A stretch of DNA of 64,000 nucleotides from an uncultured Lachnospiraceae bacterium (GTDB lineage Bacteria > Bacillota > Clostridia > Lachnospirales > Lachnospiraceae). The first letter of the stretch is position 1. Every line of letters starts with the position of its first letter. The position numbers were made by a program, and so were the translations under genes. This document shows, piece by piece, positions 37,715-47,838 of the stretch. Below the pieces are notes generated by a model. It saw nothing but the letters and a program-made list of their open reading frames with translations, was not told the DNA's origin and made no database searches. The stretch spans positions 82,065 through 146,064 of the forward strand of contig CANRPO010000003.1 in assembly GCA_947632515.1 (NCBI GenBank), in the 5' to 3' direction.

Positions 37715-38692
37715 ATGGGAAGAAGAAATAGAAACGGTGTTAGGAAAGAACGACTCATTATGCTGGCGACGTCCGTGCTTGTTTTGACCGCGCTGACGGT
37801 GACGGGTATTTTTGTGCGCCGAAGCAACAATGCGGAGAAGGAAGACTATGTAGTTGACTTCGATGCCATTGAGAAAGCGAGCGATATGACGGCGGAAAAC
37901 ATGTTGTCGGGCGACGAGCTGGACACCTTGTTTGCGGATGTGGGGACCGACGATCTGGACTACGATCCGAGCTTTCAGGAGGCAAATTCACAGAAGGTAG
38001 AAAATACCGGGGACAAGCCTTCCGCGACGAAGAAGAGCAGCGCGGCGACAGACGGGGACGACGACGACTCCGACGGGAAGACGGAGAAGAAGACAGACGC
38101 GCAGGCTGAGAGCACGAAAAAGTCCGACAGTAAAAGCGCTGTGACGGAGCAGACTAAGAAGACGGAGGAGGAAGAGGAAGACGAGGGTATGTTCGACGAG
38201 ACGGTGGACACCGCCAAGAGCGCCGAAGAGCCGCAGGCGGAGGAGGCGATCTCCACGACGGTACAGCCCACTCTCGATTTCCATGAGGAGGACGGGCTTG
38301 TGTGGCCTATTGTCGGGGACGTGCTCATCAACTACAGCATGGACAAGACCGTCTACTTCCCGACGCTGGAGCAGTACAAGTACAATCCGGCCATTGTGAT
38401 CGCCGCCAATCAGGGCGAAAGCATCTCTGCGGCGGCAAACGGACGCGTGACCTCTGTGGGATATGATCCTGTCATAGGCAACACGGTAGTGATGGATCTG
38501 GGCAACGGTTATGAGCTGACCTATGGACAGTTGGAAAATATCACCGTCTCCGAAGGCAGCTATGTGAGCGTGGGCGACGGGATCGGCACGGTGGCGTCCC
38601 CGACTAAGTATTACAGTCTGGAGGGGACAAACGTGTACTTCAAACTGACGAAGGACGGCGAGCCGGTGAACCCCATGAGTACGCTGCAATAA
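37715..38692 (+). CDS. spoIIQ: SpoIIQ-like M23/LytM-domain membrane protein
   Basis: N-terminal TM, acidic linker, WPIVGDVLINYSMDKTVYFPTL...GNTVVMDLGNGY...PVNP; directly after spoIID. Confidence 0.75.
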   Translation: MGRRNRNGVRKERLIMLATSVLVLTALTVTGIFVRRSNNAEKEDYVVDFDAIEKASDMTAENMLSGDELDTLFADVGTDDLDYDPSFQEANSQKVENTGDKPSATKKSSAATDGDDDDSDGKTEKKTDAQAESTKKSDSKSAVTEQTKKTEEEEEDEGMFDETVDTAKSAEEPQAEEAISTTVQPTLDFHEEDGLVWPIVGDVLINYSMDKTVYFPTLEQYKYNPAIVIAANQGESISAAANGRVTSVGYDPVIGNTVVMDLGNGYELTYGQLENITVSEGSYVSVGDGIGTVASPTKYYSLEGTNVYFKLTKDGEPVNPMSTLQ

Positions 38693-38713
38693 TATCGTTG
38701 AAAGGGTCATGTT

Positions 38714-39895
38714 ATGCTGGTTATCATTCATGGAAATATTAAGACAATGGAAGAGAAGGATTACGCCGACGGCTATCTCAGAATCGAGGACGGTCGTATC
38801 ACCGCACTTGGCGATATGCAGGAATACAGCGCGGCGGGGCAGGAGGGCGCGGATGTCCAAGTGATCGACGCCAAGGGAAATCTGGTTATGCCGGGGATCA
38901 TCGAGGCGCATTGTCATATGGGGATCACCGAGGAGAAGAAAGGCATGGAAGGGGACGACTGCAATGAGACAGTCGATCCCGTCACGCCTTATCTGCGTGC
39001 CATAGACGCCATCAATCCCATGGATGACGCCTTTCATGACGCGCTGAAAGCGGGCATCACGGCGGCTATGATCGGACCGGGCAGCGCCAACGTGGTGGGC
39101 GGGCAGTTCGCTTTTATCAAGACTCACGGCAGACGGATCGATCAGATGATCGTCAAGGCGCCCGCGGCCATGAAGGTGGCCTTCGGCGAGAACCCGAAAG
39201 TGAATTATTCCGGACAGAACGTTTCGCCCGCCACCCGCATGGCGATCGCGGCGAAACTCAGAGAAGAGCTGACGAAGGCAAAGGCATATGCAAAAAAGAC
39301 CGCGGAAGATCCGGATATGGAGAAGGATTTTCGCTACGAATGCTGGCTCCCCGTGCTGCGGGGAGAGATCCCGCTAAAGGCGCACGCGCACAGAGCGGAC
39401 GACATTCTGACGGCAGTGCGGATCGCCAAAGAATTCGATCTTAAGATGACGCTGGATCACTGCAGCGAGGGGCATCTGATTATAGAGGAACTGCGGGAGG
39501 CGGGATTTCCCGCCATCGTAGGGCCTGACATGGCCAGCCGCAACAAGATCGAAGTGCGCAACATGGCGTTTAAGACGGCGGGGCTGCTCAGCAAAAACGG
39601 TATTCTCACGGCTGTCACTACGGACCACCCTGTCTCCAAGATACAGTTCCTGCCCATCTGCGCGGGGCTGGCGGTCAAGGAGGGCATGGCGCCGGAGGAT
39701 GGCTTTCGCGCGATCACCATCAACGCGGCCAAGATCTGCGGCGTGGACGACAGGCTGGGAAGTCTGGCGGTGGGCAAAGACGGCGATATAGCGATCTTCA
39801 ACGGGAACCCGATGGAAGTGTTCACCAGGACGCTGTGTACGGTCATTGAAGGAAAAATTGTATATTATGATGAAGAATGCGGACTTTTGTGTTAA
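38714..39895 (+). CDS. Metal-dependent amidohydrolase
   Basis: PGIIEAHCH, MKVAFGENPK, HAHRADD, DHCSEG, TTDHP, GSLAVGKDGD. Confidence 0.9.
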   Translation: MLVIIHGNIKTMEEKDYADGYLRIEDGRITALGDMQEYSAAGQEGADVQVIDAKGNLVMPGIIEAHCHMGITEEKKGMEGDDCNETVDPVTPYLRAIDAINPMDDAFHDALKAGITAAMIGPGSANVVGGQFAFIKTHGRRIDQMIVKAPAAMKVAFGENPKVNYSGQNVSPATRMAIAAKLREELTKAKAYAKKTAEDPDMEKDFRYECWLPVLRGEIPLKAHAHRADDILTAVRIAKEFDLKMTLDHCSEGHLIIEELREAGFPAIVGPDMASRNKIEVRNMAFKTAGLLSKNGILTAVTTDHPVSKIQFLPICAGLAVKEGMAPEDGFRAITINAAKICGVDDRLGSLAVGKDGDIAIFNGNPMEVFTRTLCTVIEGKIVYYDEECGLLC

Positions 39896-39904
39896 GATGG
39901 TGTC

Positions 39905-41485
39905 ATGAGAAAAAGACGCTTGAAAACTCTGATCTGTATATTCTGCGGTGCGCTCCTGCTTTTGACAGGGTGCGCGTACGAGACGGACGCCCGTTTTCAG
40001 TCCGGGCAGGAAAATGACGGCGACGGCCTGCTGACAACGCTCGGGCTGTCGCCTGAATTTGATTACGAAGTGCCCGAGAGCCTGCCGAGCATTCTGGTCG
40101 ATCAGCAGGGCTACGCCGAGAGCAGCAATAAGATCGCCTTTTTTCGCGGGGAGGAGCTGCCGGAGACCTTCTCCGTTGTCGATGCGGAGAATGGACAGAG
40201 CGTGTATACAGGCACCATCGAGCAGAGGGGCCGCGATGAGGAGAGCGGGGTTTTTATCAGTTACGGCGATTTTACGTCCCTTCGCACGGAGGGAACCTAT
40301 TACATAGAGGCGGCGGTGATCGGGCAGTCGTATACTTTTGAGATCGCGGAGAATCCGTATCAGGAGCTGTACAACGCGGCGCTGAAACAGTACTACTATA
40401 ACCGCTGCGGGCTGACGCTCTCGACGGAGCTGGCGGGCGACGCGGCGCACAACGCCTGTCATACCAAAGAGGCGCAGATGAAGGATGAGGCGTCCGTGAA
40501 ACTGGATGTGTCAGGCGGCTGGCATGTGGACGGGAGCGGCACGCGGGACGTTCCCACGGGGTGCAGCACCATCGATCATCTGCTGCTCGCCTATGAGCTC
40601 TATCCCGAGGTGTTCAGCGATGAGGTGGGGATCCCCGAGAGCGGCAACGGCATTCCCGATGTGCTGGACGAAGTGAAGTATGAGATCGACTGGCTCCTGA
40701 AAATGCAGGACAACAGGAGCGGGGCGGTGTATTCTGCGGTCAGCAGCGCCGACAATGCCGCGCTCGGCTATCTGCTCTACATCGATCCCGTCACGATGGA
40801 CGCCACGATCCAATTCGCGGCGACGATGGCGAAATTCAGCTATCTGTACCAGAATTACGATATAGAGTTCGCCACGCGGTGCCTGAAGGCGGCGGACAGG
40901 GCCTACCGCTACGCGGGACAATATCTGGCCGACGTGTCGCCGGAAGAGTATTTCTACGCCTCCACGGAACTCTACCGTGCCACGGGAAATTACGGGTATC
41001 ACAATGAAATACGAGAGTATCTGCAGCAGAATCCCGTGACGGACATGAACGACAATTTTGTATTCTGGGGCTGTGTGACTTATCTCTCCACCAAACAGAA
41101 GGTGGATGTGGACGCGTGCGATGTGTTAATTAAGATTCTGATGCAGGAGGGAGAGCGGATCTCTTACGCCTCGAAAAATTCCAAGTTTCTCGTGAGCATG
41201 GACGAGCAGAAGAACGGCAGCGCGGAGCTGCTGCGGGACATCACCAGACTGGCGGTGGTGGACCATATCATCACCAACCACGAGTACGCCACTGTACTGC
41301 AGAATCATCTGCACTATCTGCTGGGGCGCAATCTCCAGTCCGTCAGTTATCTGGACGGGGCGGGGAGCCGCAATTATGCGAGCATTGACGCGAACAAGGG
41401 CATTATGAACCAGGTGGAACTCAACGCGGAGTTTGTGTTGATGATGAGCTCGATCATGGAGGAACTGTATATCGTGGAGGAGTGA
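39905..41485 (+). CDS. GH9-fold lipoprotein with N-terminal Ig (CelD_N) domain; catalytic motifs degenerate
   Basis: Lipobox LLLTGC; ILVDQQGY, GDFT.L...GTY, YYYNRCG, DVSGGW, IPESGNGIPDVLDEVKYEIDWLLKMQ, YLLGRN. Confidence 0.75.
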   Translation: MRKRRLKTLICIFCGALLLLTGCAYETDARFQSGQENDGDGLLTTLGLSPEFDYEVPESLPSILVDQQGYAESSNKIAFFRGEELPETFSVVDAENGQSVYTGTIEQRGRDEESGVFISYGDFTSLRTEGTYYIEAAVIGQSYTFEIAENPYQELYNAALKQYYYNRCGLTLSTELAGDAAHNACHTKEAQMKDEASVKLDVSGGWHVDGSGTRDVPTGCSTIDHLLLAYELYPEVFSDEVGIPESGNGIPDVLDEVKYEIDWLLKMQDNRSGAVYSAVSSADNAALGYLLYIDPVTMDATIQFAATMAKFSYLYQNYDIEFATRCLKAADRAYRYAGQYLADVSPEEYFYASTELYRATGNYGYHNEIREYLQQNPVTDMNDNFVFWGCVTYLSTKQKVDVDACDVLIKILMQEGERISYASKNSKFLVSMDEQKNGSAELLRDITRLAVVDHIITNHEYATVLQNHLHYLLGRNLQSVSYLDGAGSRNYASIDANKGIMNQVELNAEFVLMMSSIMEELYIVEE

Positions 41486-41563
41486 ATTATATCAACCTTC
41501 GCTTTCGGCAATGGAGATTATGGTATGGGATGGCGTCTTATACCGGGATAACGGGCGTTTCCA

Positions 41564-42298
41564 TCACACAAGCTCCCGATTCTTCTCGTAATTGGTTCTG
41601 ATCACATCCTGCACCATAGCGCTCAGATGGCGTTTTTGCTCTCTGTCCATATCCCTTACATAGATCGGTTTGCCGTACTCGATGACCACGTGCGTCTTCT
41701 TGATCTTGGGCAGATGATCCTCCCAGATTGCGCCCGCATTGTTGATGCTCATGGGTACGACGGGGCATCCGGTCTTCTCGGCGATCTTAAAACTGCCGTC
41801 ATGAAATTCCAGCAGCACATTGTCGGTCCGGTTGCGGGTTCCCTCCGGGAAAATACAGATGGAAATACCGGATCTCACCTTTTCGATGGCGTCAAGGATC
41901 GACTGCATGCCGGCCTTGATGTTGCTCCTGTCCAAAAAGATACAGTGGAGATACTTCATCCAGGTACTCAGAGACGGGATGCGCAGCATTTCCACTTTCG
42001 CCATATATCCTGTGGGTCTGGGAACGCGGACATAAGTCATGATGATGTCGAAATAACTTCTGTGATTTCCGATATACAATACGGGTTCATCCTTGGGAAC
42101 ATTCTCTTCTCCGAGCACGGTCACGGAGACGCCGGAGAGGAAGAGGACGACGCGGAACGCCCAGTTCACGATCGCGAGGGAGCTGCGGCTCTTGACGTCG
42201 GGACTGAATTTGCCGATGACAAACTCCACCAACTGGATCGGGAGACTCACGATCAGAAATATCACTACGAACACTGCTACCATAATCAAACGGACCAT
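41564..42298 (-). CDS. plsC: 1-acyl-sn-glycerol-3-phosphate acyltransferase
   Basis: NHRSYFD, FLDR, IFPEGTR. Confidence 0.9.
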   Translation of the reverse strand: MVRLIMVAVFVVIFLIVSLPIQLVEFVIGKFSPDVKSRSSLAIVNWAFRVVLFLSGVSVTVLGEENVPKDEPVLYIGNHRSYFDIIMTYVRVPRPTGYMAKVEMLRIPSLSTWMKYLHCIFLDRSNIKAGMQSILDAIEKVRSGISICIFPEGTRNRTDNVLLEFHDGSFKIAEKTGCPVVPMSINNAGAIWEDHLPKIKKTHVVIEYGKPIYVRDMDREQKRHLSAMVQDVIRTNYEKNRELV

Positions 42299-42429
42299 AT
42301 GCACATTATCCTCTGTCTTTCCCCTATTTCTTCCAGTATATAGGTTGTCGCCGCAATAATCAATAGGAATAGACTTCATGCTCCAATAATAAATTAAGTA
42401 ATAAGAGTTTATTTTCGGAGTGAAGACTT

Positions 42430-42858
42430 ATGAACAGACTATATGAGTATCAGAAGAGAATCGTGAGAGCCTGTCTGATCTGCCTGATGTGTATGAGCGT
42501 CTTCGCCTGTGCGAAAAAGCAGGATGCCATGGAAAAGATCAAGGATTTGGAGTGCACGGTCATCTCGGAGGATAATCTGCCGGGCGAATTGCTTGATATG
42601 ATCGAACAGAAAAAGACGGATGCTTTTAAGATCACTTTTGAGGATAAAGGATTTCTGTACATCTGCGTGGGGTACGGTACGCAGGAGACAGGCGGCTACA
42701 GTATCGCGCTGAACGACTTGTATGAGACGGCCAACGCGGTCTATGTGGACACGAACCTGATAGGCCCGTCGCCGGAGGAGAAGAGCAACCTGGTGGAGAG
42801 TTATCCCTACATAGTGATCAAGACGGAGTTTATTGACAAACCGGTAGTCTTTGACTGA
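42430..42858 (+). CDS. PrcB C-terminal-domain lipoprotein
   Basis: Lipobox VFAC; YG.QETGGYSI...SYPYIVIK. Confidence 0.7.
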   Translation: MNRLYEYQKRIVRACLICLMCMSVFACAKKQDAMEKIKDLECTVISEDNLPGELLDMIEQKKTDAFKITFEDKGFLYICVGYGTQETGGYSIALNDLYETANAVYVDTNLIGPSPEEKSNLVESYPYIVIKTEFIDKPVVFD

Positions 42859-42927
42859 TAATATACAGGAAAGCAATAAGCGCTGTGAAATCGGCTGTCC
42901 GCAGCGTAAATTTCAAAGGAGTTTGAC

Positions 42928-44241
42928 ATGCTGCTCTTAGAAAACGGTTATCTGATCGATCCTGCCTCCTGCACGGAGGGGTATCGGGACATCCTCATAG
43001 ACGGGGACAGAATTGCGCGCATCATGCCGCGGGGGACGATGCGCTCGGAAGTCACGAAATGTGCGGGCGGCGCGGAAACAGCCGGAAATGCAAAAATAAT
43101 TGACTTAAATGGTCAATACGTTGTTCCCGGCCTTGTGGACGTTCATGTGCATTTCAGGGATCCCGGTTTTACCTACAAGGAGGACATCTATACGGGAGCG
43201 CGGGCCGCAGCGCGGGGCGGCTTTACGTCAGTGGTGCTGATGGCGAACACGAAACCCGCGGTGGACAATACAGAGACGCTTCGCTATGTGATAGACAAGG
43301 GCGCGGAGACGGGCATTCATGTCTATACGTGCGCCGGCGTGACGAAAGGACTGGGCGGCAGAGAGCTGACGGATATGGAGACGCTGAGCGCTCAGGGCGC
43401 GGTTGGGTTTACGGACGACGGCATCCCGCTGACGGACGAAAAACTGCTGCGGGAGGCGCTTAGGAGAGCCGCCGCGTGCCACAGACCGATCAGCCTGCAC
43501 GAGGAGGATCCTGCGCTGATTGTAAATAACGGCGTCCATGCGGGAAGGGCGGCGGCGTATTTCGGTATCGGAGGCTCGCCGAGAGAGGCGGAGATCTCCA
43601 TGGTGGAGCGCGATCTGCGGATCGCCGTGGAGGAGGAGGCCGATCTGTCCATTCAGCACATCAGCACGCGGGAGGCCGTGGAGTTAGTGCGGCGGGCCAA
43701 AAAGAAGAGCGCGCATATATTTGCGGAGGCGACGCCCCATCATTTTACCCTGACGGAGGAGGCGGTGATCGAACACGGAACGCTGGCGAAGATGAATCCG
43801 CCGCTGCGGGAGGAGGCCGACCGGCTGGCTATTATTGAGGGACTTAAGGACGGTACGATCGACATGATCGCCACCGACCATGCGCCTCACAGCGCAGAGG
43901 AGAAGGCAAAACCGCTTACGGAGGCCCCCAGCGGCATCATCGGGCTGGAGACTTCGCTGTCCCTTGGCATTCGCGAGCTGGTGGGCAAGGGGTATCTGAC
44001 AATGGCGGAGCTGATCGGGAAGATGAGTCTCGCGCCCGCGAAACTCTATCATCTTGACGCGGGCTATCTGGCGGAGGGAGGCCCCGCCGACCTGGCGGTA
44101 TTTGATCCGCACGGCGAGTGGGTGGCGGACGGTTTTGCGTCCAAAGCGTCCAACTCGCCTTTTGTGGGGGACACGATGCCCGGCGTGGTCAGCTATACGA
44201 TCTGCGGCGGCAGGGTGGTGTATGACGGTACAGGGAGCTGA
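42928..44241 (+). CDS. pyrC: Dihydroorotase
   Basis: DVHVHFRDPG, AARGGFT..MANT, KMNPPLR, ATDHAPH. Confidence 0.95.
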   Translation: MLLLENGYLIDPASCTEGYRDILIDGDRIARIMPRGTMRSEVTKCAGGAETAGNAKIIDLNGQYVVPGLVDVHVHFRDPGFTYKEDIYTGARAAARGGFTSVVLMANTKPAVDNTETLRYVIDKGAETGIHVYTCAGVTKGLGGRELTDMETLSAQGAVGFTDDGIPLTDEKLLREALRRAAACHRPISLHEEDPALIVNNGVHAGRAAAYFGIGGSPREAEISMVERDLRIAVEEEADLSIQHISTREAVELVRRAKKKSAHIFAEATPHHFTLTEEAVIEHGTLAKMNPPLREEADRLAIIEGLKDGTIDMIATDHAPHSAEEKAKPLTEAPSGIIGLETSLSLGIRELVGKGYLTMAELIGKMSLAPAKLYHLDAGYLAEGGPADLAVFDPHGEWVADGFASKASNSPFVGDTMPGVVSYTICGGRVVYDGTGS

Positions 44242-44353
44242 CTGCCAACAGCGTCGGTTCGGGAGAAAAGACGGATGCATTGCATAAGTCCTCCGTTATG
44301 GCGGATCGCGTGTGAAGAAGGATAGATTGACGGAAGGAAAGAGGACGGTAAGA

Positions 44354-45142
44354 ATGAACGGGCAGAAGATTCCAAAGAAAAAAGTGAAGGCGATGGTGGT
44401 GTCGCAGGAACAGATCGCGGAGCAGATCTATGACTTGTGGATCGAGACGGAGCTTGCGCGGGACGCGCGGGCCGGGCAGTTTGTGGCGCTCTATCCGCAC
44501 GATGCGGCGACGTTGCTCCCGCGGCCCATCAGTATCTGCGAGGCGGACGGGGAGGCTCACAGACTGCGGCTTGTGTATCGCGTTGCAGGCAGAGGAACGG
44601 CCGAATTTTCGACATACGGCGCTAAGGATACGCTGGACGTGTTGGGCGTACTCGGCAATGGCTTTCCCGTGGAGCGCGCGGCGGGCAAAAGAGTGTTTCT
44701 CATGGGCGGCGGCATCGGGATCCCGCCCATGCTGCAGCTTGCGAAGGAGCTGGACGCTGAGAAACAGATCCTGCTGGGCTACCGCAACGGGGATCTCTTT
44801 CTGCAGGAGGATCTGGGGCGGTACGGGCAGGTGCATATTGCCACGGAGGACGGCAGCGTGGGCGTGCAGGGCAACGTGATGGACATTATCAGGGGCAGCG
44901 GGCTTACCGCCGACGTTATCATGGCCTGCGGACCGATGCCCATGCTGAGAGCGGTCAAACAGTATGCGGCAGAGCGGGGCATAGACGCCTATATCTCTCT
45001 GGAGGAGCGGATGGCCTGCGGCGTGGGGGCGTGTCTCGGCTGCGTGTGCGCGACGAGGGACGTGGACAGCCACTCCCATGTAAACAATGCCCGCATCTGC
45101 ACTGACGGGCCCGTATTTGAAGCGAAAGAGGTGAACATCTGA
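44354..45142 (+). CDS. pyrK: Dihydroorotate dehydrogenase electron-transfer subunit
   Basis: RPISI, GGGIGIPP, CGP, EERMACGVGACLGC...CTDGPVF. Confidence 0.95.
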   Translation: MNGQKIPKKKVKAMVVSQEQIAEQIYDLWIETELARDARAGQFVALYPHDAATLLPRPISICEADGEAHRLRLVYRVAGRGTAEFSTYGAKDTLDVLGVLGNGFPVERAAGKRVFLMGGGIGIPPMLQLAKELDAEKQILLGYRNGDLFLQEDLGRYGQVHIATEDGSVGVQGNVMDIIRGSGLTADVIMACGPMPMLRAVKQYAAERGIDAYISLEERMACGVGACLGCVCATRDVDSHSHVNNARICTDGPVFEAKEVNI

Positions 45143-46047
45143 TGAACACAAAAGTGACGATCGCCGGGGTGACGTTTGCCAATCCGGTTATGACGGCGTC
45201 GGGAACTTTCGGCTCCGGTATGGAATACAGCGATTTCGTGGATCTGAACCGGCTGGGCGCGGTGGTGACCAAAGGCGTGGCGAACGTGCCGTGGCCGGGC
45301 AATCCCACGCCGCGCGTGGCGGAGACATACGGCGGTATGCTGAATGCCATCGGCTTGCAGAATCCAGGCATCGACGTCTTTATCGAGCGGGATATTCCTT
45401 TCCTGAAACAGTATGACACGAAGATCATCGTCAATGTCTGCGGGAAGACGGTGGGGGATTATCTGGAGGTGGTGGAGCGTCTTGGCGACGAGGCGGTGGA
45501 CATGTTGGAGATCAACGTGTCCTGCCCCAACGTGAAGGAGGGCGCTATCGCCTTCGGACAGAAAGCCGATTGCCTCTACGACATCACTTCGCAGATCAAG
45601 CGGAAGGCGAAACAGCCCGTCATCATGAAACTGAGTCCCAATGTGACGGACATCGCGGAGATGGCGCGGGCGGCTGAGGCGGCGGGCGCGGACGCGCTGT
45701 CGATGATCAATACGATCACGGGCATGAAGATCGACATTTACAGACGAAAATTTGCGCTGGCAAACAGAACGGGCGGTCTGTCAGGTCCGGCGATCAAGCC
45801 GATTGCCGTGCGCATGGTCTATCAGGCGTCCCATGCCGTGCAGATCCCTGTCATCGGTATGGGCGGTATTGCAAACGGGGAGGACGCCGTAGAGTTTCTG
45901 CTGGCCGGGGCCAGCGCTGTCGCGGTGGGGGCGATGAATTTTGTCAATCCTTACGCCACGGTGGAAGTGATCGAGGGCATCGAGAACTACATGCGGCGCT
46001 GCGGCGTGGAGAATGTGACGGAACTGATCGGCGCGGTCGAAGGATAA
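45142..46047 (+). CDS. pyrD: Dihydroorotate dehydrogenase (family 1B catalytic subunit)
   Basis: NPVMTASGT, GNPTPR, NAIGLQNPG, NVSCPN, KLSPN, GGLSG. Confidence 0.96.
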   Translation: MNTKVTIAGVTFANPVMTASGTFGSGMEYSDFVDLNRLGAVVTKGVANVPWPGNPTPRVAETYGGMLNAIGLQNPGIDVFIERDIPFLKQYDTKIIVNVCGKTVGDYLEVVERLGDEAVDMLEINVSCPNVKEGAIAFGQKADCLYDITSQIKRKAKQPVIMKLSPNVTDIAEMARAAEAAGADALSMINTITGMKIDIYRRKFALANRTGGLSGPAIKPIAVRMVYQASHAVQIPVIGMGGIANGEDAVEFLLAGASAVAVGAMNFVNPYATVEVIEGIENYMRRCGVENVTELIGAVEG

Positions 46048-46052
46048 AAGAA

Positions 46053-46081
46053 ACATATACGGCCTCCGTGCGGCATACACT
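46053..46081 (+). promoter_or_regulatory. Putative sigmaE promoter of the sipL-like gene
   Basis: ACATATA-N14-CATACACT. Confidence 0.6.
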
Positions 46082-46112
46082 TATATTAAGTATACGCACG
46101 GAGGTTTATTTT

Positions 46113-47669
46113 GTGGAACTGGTAAAGAAGAAGATACATATGGATCGGATCAACAGCAGGGCCGGCACGCAAGTTGTATTGGAAGAAGACGTCAATATTT
46201 CAGATAACAAACCCGACGCCATTTATCTGTTGAACAGCAAGGGCGAGATTATCACGGAGGAGATACGGGCCGGGGAGAATGCGGTGAATCTGCGGGGCAG
46301 GCTGATCGTGTCCGTCCTGTATCTGACAGATATGGAAGGGACGTGTGCCAGCATGGAGGCAGTCATTCCCTTCGAGGAGAAAGTCAATATGGACGGCGTG
46401 GGCAACGGGGACACGATACTGACCGACTGGACCATAGAGGACCTGACGGTGGGTTTGATCAATTCCCGCAAACTCAGCGCGCAGGCGGTCGTCTCGTTTG
46501 ATCTGGAGATGGAGGAGCATATCGAGCAGGACGCGGCGGTGGACCTCTATCACGACGAGCCTGTGGAGTACAGAAAGCGGACATTTCCTGTTGTGGAACT
46601 CGTATTGCAGAAAAAAGACATTTTCAGGCTCAAGGAAGAGATGGAGCTGTCGGGCAATCTGCCGAATGTGTTTCAGACGATCTGGCACCATATCACCTTC
46701 GATCATGTGGAGTTCAAGGCGCTCGACGAAAAGCTGTCCATCCAGGGTGAGATGAAGGCATTTTTCCTGTACGAGGGAGAAGGGGACAACGACAGGACGC
46801 TGTGGTACGAGAATACCGTGCCGTTCAGCGGTATTATCGAATGCCACGGCTGCAGGGAGAATATGATTCCGGACATCTGCTACAGTCTGGGTCAGTGCAA
46901 TGTGGAGGTGCGTCAGGACTTCGACGGTGAGGAGCGGGTCTTCTGTGTGGAGCCTGTGCTCGATCTGGACATTCACTTGTACGAGGAGGAGAATCTGGAA
47001 GTGTTGTCCGACATCTATGGGGTGCACAAAGAGATCGAGGCGCTCACCACACAGGTACAGCTCAAGAGTCTGCTCTTAAATGGGAGCGGTAAGTGTAAGA
47101 TCGCGGAGCACGCAAAGATCCAGAATACGGAAATGCCGATGTATCAGCTGATCCACTCCGAGGGGGAGATACAGATTGGCGAGCAGACTGTGGTGGAGAA
47201 CGGGATCGCGATCGCCGGAACGCTGACGGTAACTACGCTCTATCTGTGCGGCAGCGGCTCCAAGTCCATCTACTCCACGAAGAACGAACTTCCTTTTCAG
47301 TATGTGATCGAGGCGGATAATATTACGGCGACCAGTATTTTCAAGCTGCATCACAGCATCGAACAACTCACGGTGACGATGCTGGACAGCGACGAGCTGG
47401 ATGTGAAGGCGGCGCTGCAGTTCAAGGTGATCGTGTTCGCGGTGCAGAAGAGCAATTTGATCACAGACATCAGGGTGGAAGATTTAGACCTTAACAAGCT
47501 GAGCGAGCTGCCGGGCATGGTCATCTGTATCGCGGGGCCGGGAGATACCTTGTGGGATATCGGCAAGCGTTACTATGTGCCGATTGCACAGCTCAAGGAA
47601 GTAAACGAGTTGACGAGTGAGGAGATCAAGGCCAGGGATAAGATCTTGGTGGTGAAGGGGAGTCTGTAG
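46113..47669 (+). CDS. sipL: SPOCS (DUF3794) x3 + LysM spore-coat morphogenetic protein, SipL-like
   Basis: ED.N..D.KPD, INSRK, C-terminal GDTLWDIGKRY LysM; sigmaE-like promoter. Confidence 0.75.
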   Translation: MELVKKKIHMDRINSRAGTQVVLEEDVNISDNKPDAIYLLNSKGEIITEEIRAGENAVNLRGRLIVSVLYLTDMEGTCASMEAVIPFEEKVNMDGVGNGDTILTDWTIEDLTVGLINSRKLSAQAVVSFDLEMEEHIEQDAAVDLYHDEPVEYRKRTFPVVELVLQKKDIFRLKEEMELSGNLPNVFQTIWHHITFDHVEFKALDEKLSIQGEMKAFFLYEGEGDNDRTLWYENTVPFSGIIECHGCRENMIPDICYSLGQCNVEVRQDFDGEERVFCVEPVLDLDIHLYEEENLEVLSDIYGVHKEIEALTTQVQLKSLLLNGSGKCKIAEHAKIQNTEMPMYQLIHSEGEIQIGEQTVVENGIAIAGTLTVTTLYLCGSGSKSIYSTKNELPFQYVIEADNITATSIFKLHHSIEQLTVTMLDSDELDVKAALQFKVIVFAVQKSNLITDIRVEDLDLNKLSELPGMVICIAGPGDTLWDIGKRYYVPIAQLKEVNELTSEEIKARDKILVVKGSL

Positions 47670-47748
47670 AGCGCCATAGGCGCACAGTCTGTGCGGGCCT
47701 ATACCGGCGGGGCCGAACGTGCGCCAAACATGCGCGTTGAGATAAACG

Positions 47749-47777
47749 TTGTAAATTATATAAATATTCGATATACT
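47749..47777 (+). promoter_or_regulatory. sigmaA promoter
   Basis: TTGTAA-N17-TATACT. Confidence 0.6.
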
Positions 47778-47838
47778 TAGCTATTGGAGAATAAACGCCT
47801 CTTTCGGGCGGCACGCAAAAATACAGTGGGGAAATATC

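Noticed and set aside
42859-42927. PyrR attenuator before pyrC
   Set aside because: No AGUCCAGAGAGGCU-like binding loop, and the leader is too short.
47791-47830. AAACGCC...GGGCGGCACGCAAAA resembling c-di-GMP-I
   Set aside because: No GAAA tetraloop and no space for P2 before the start codon; an Infernal scan would settle it.
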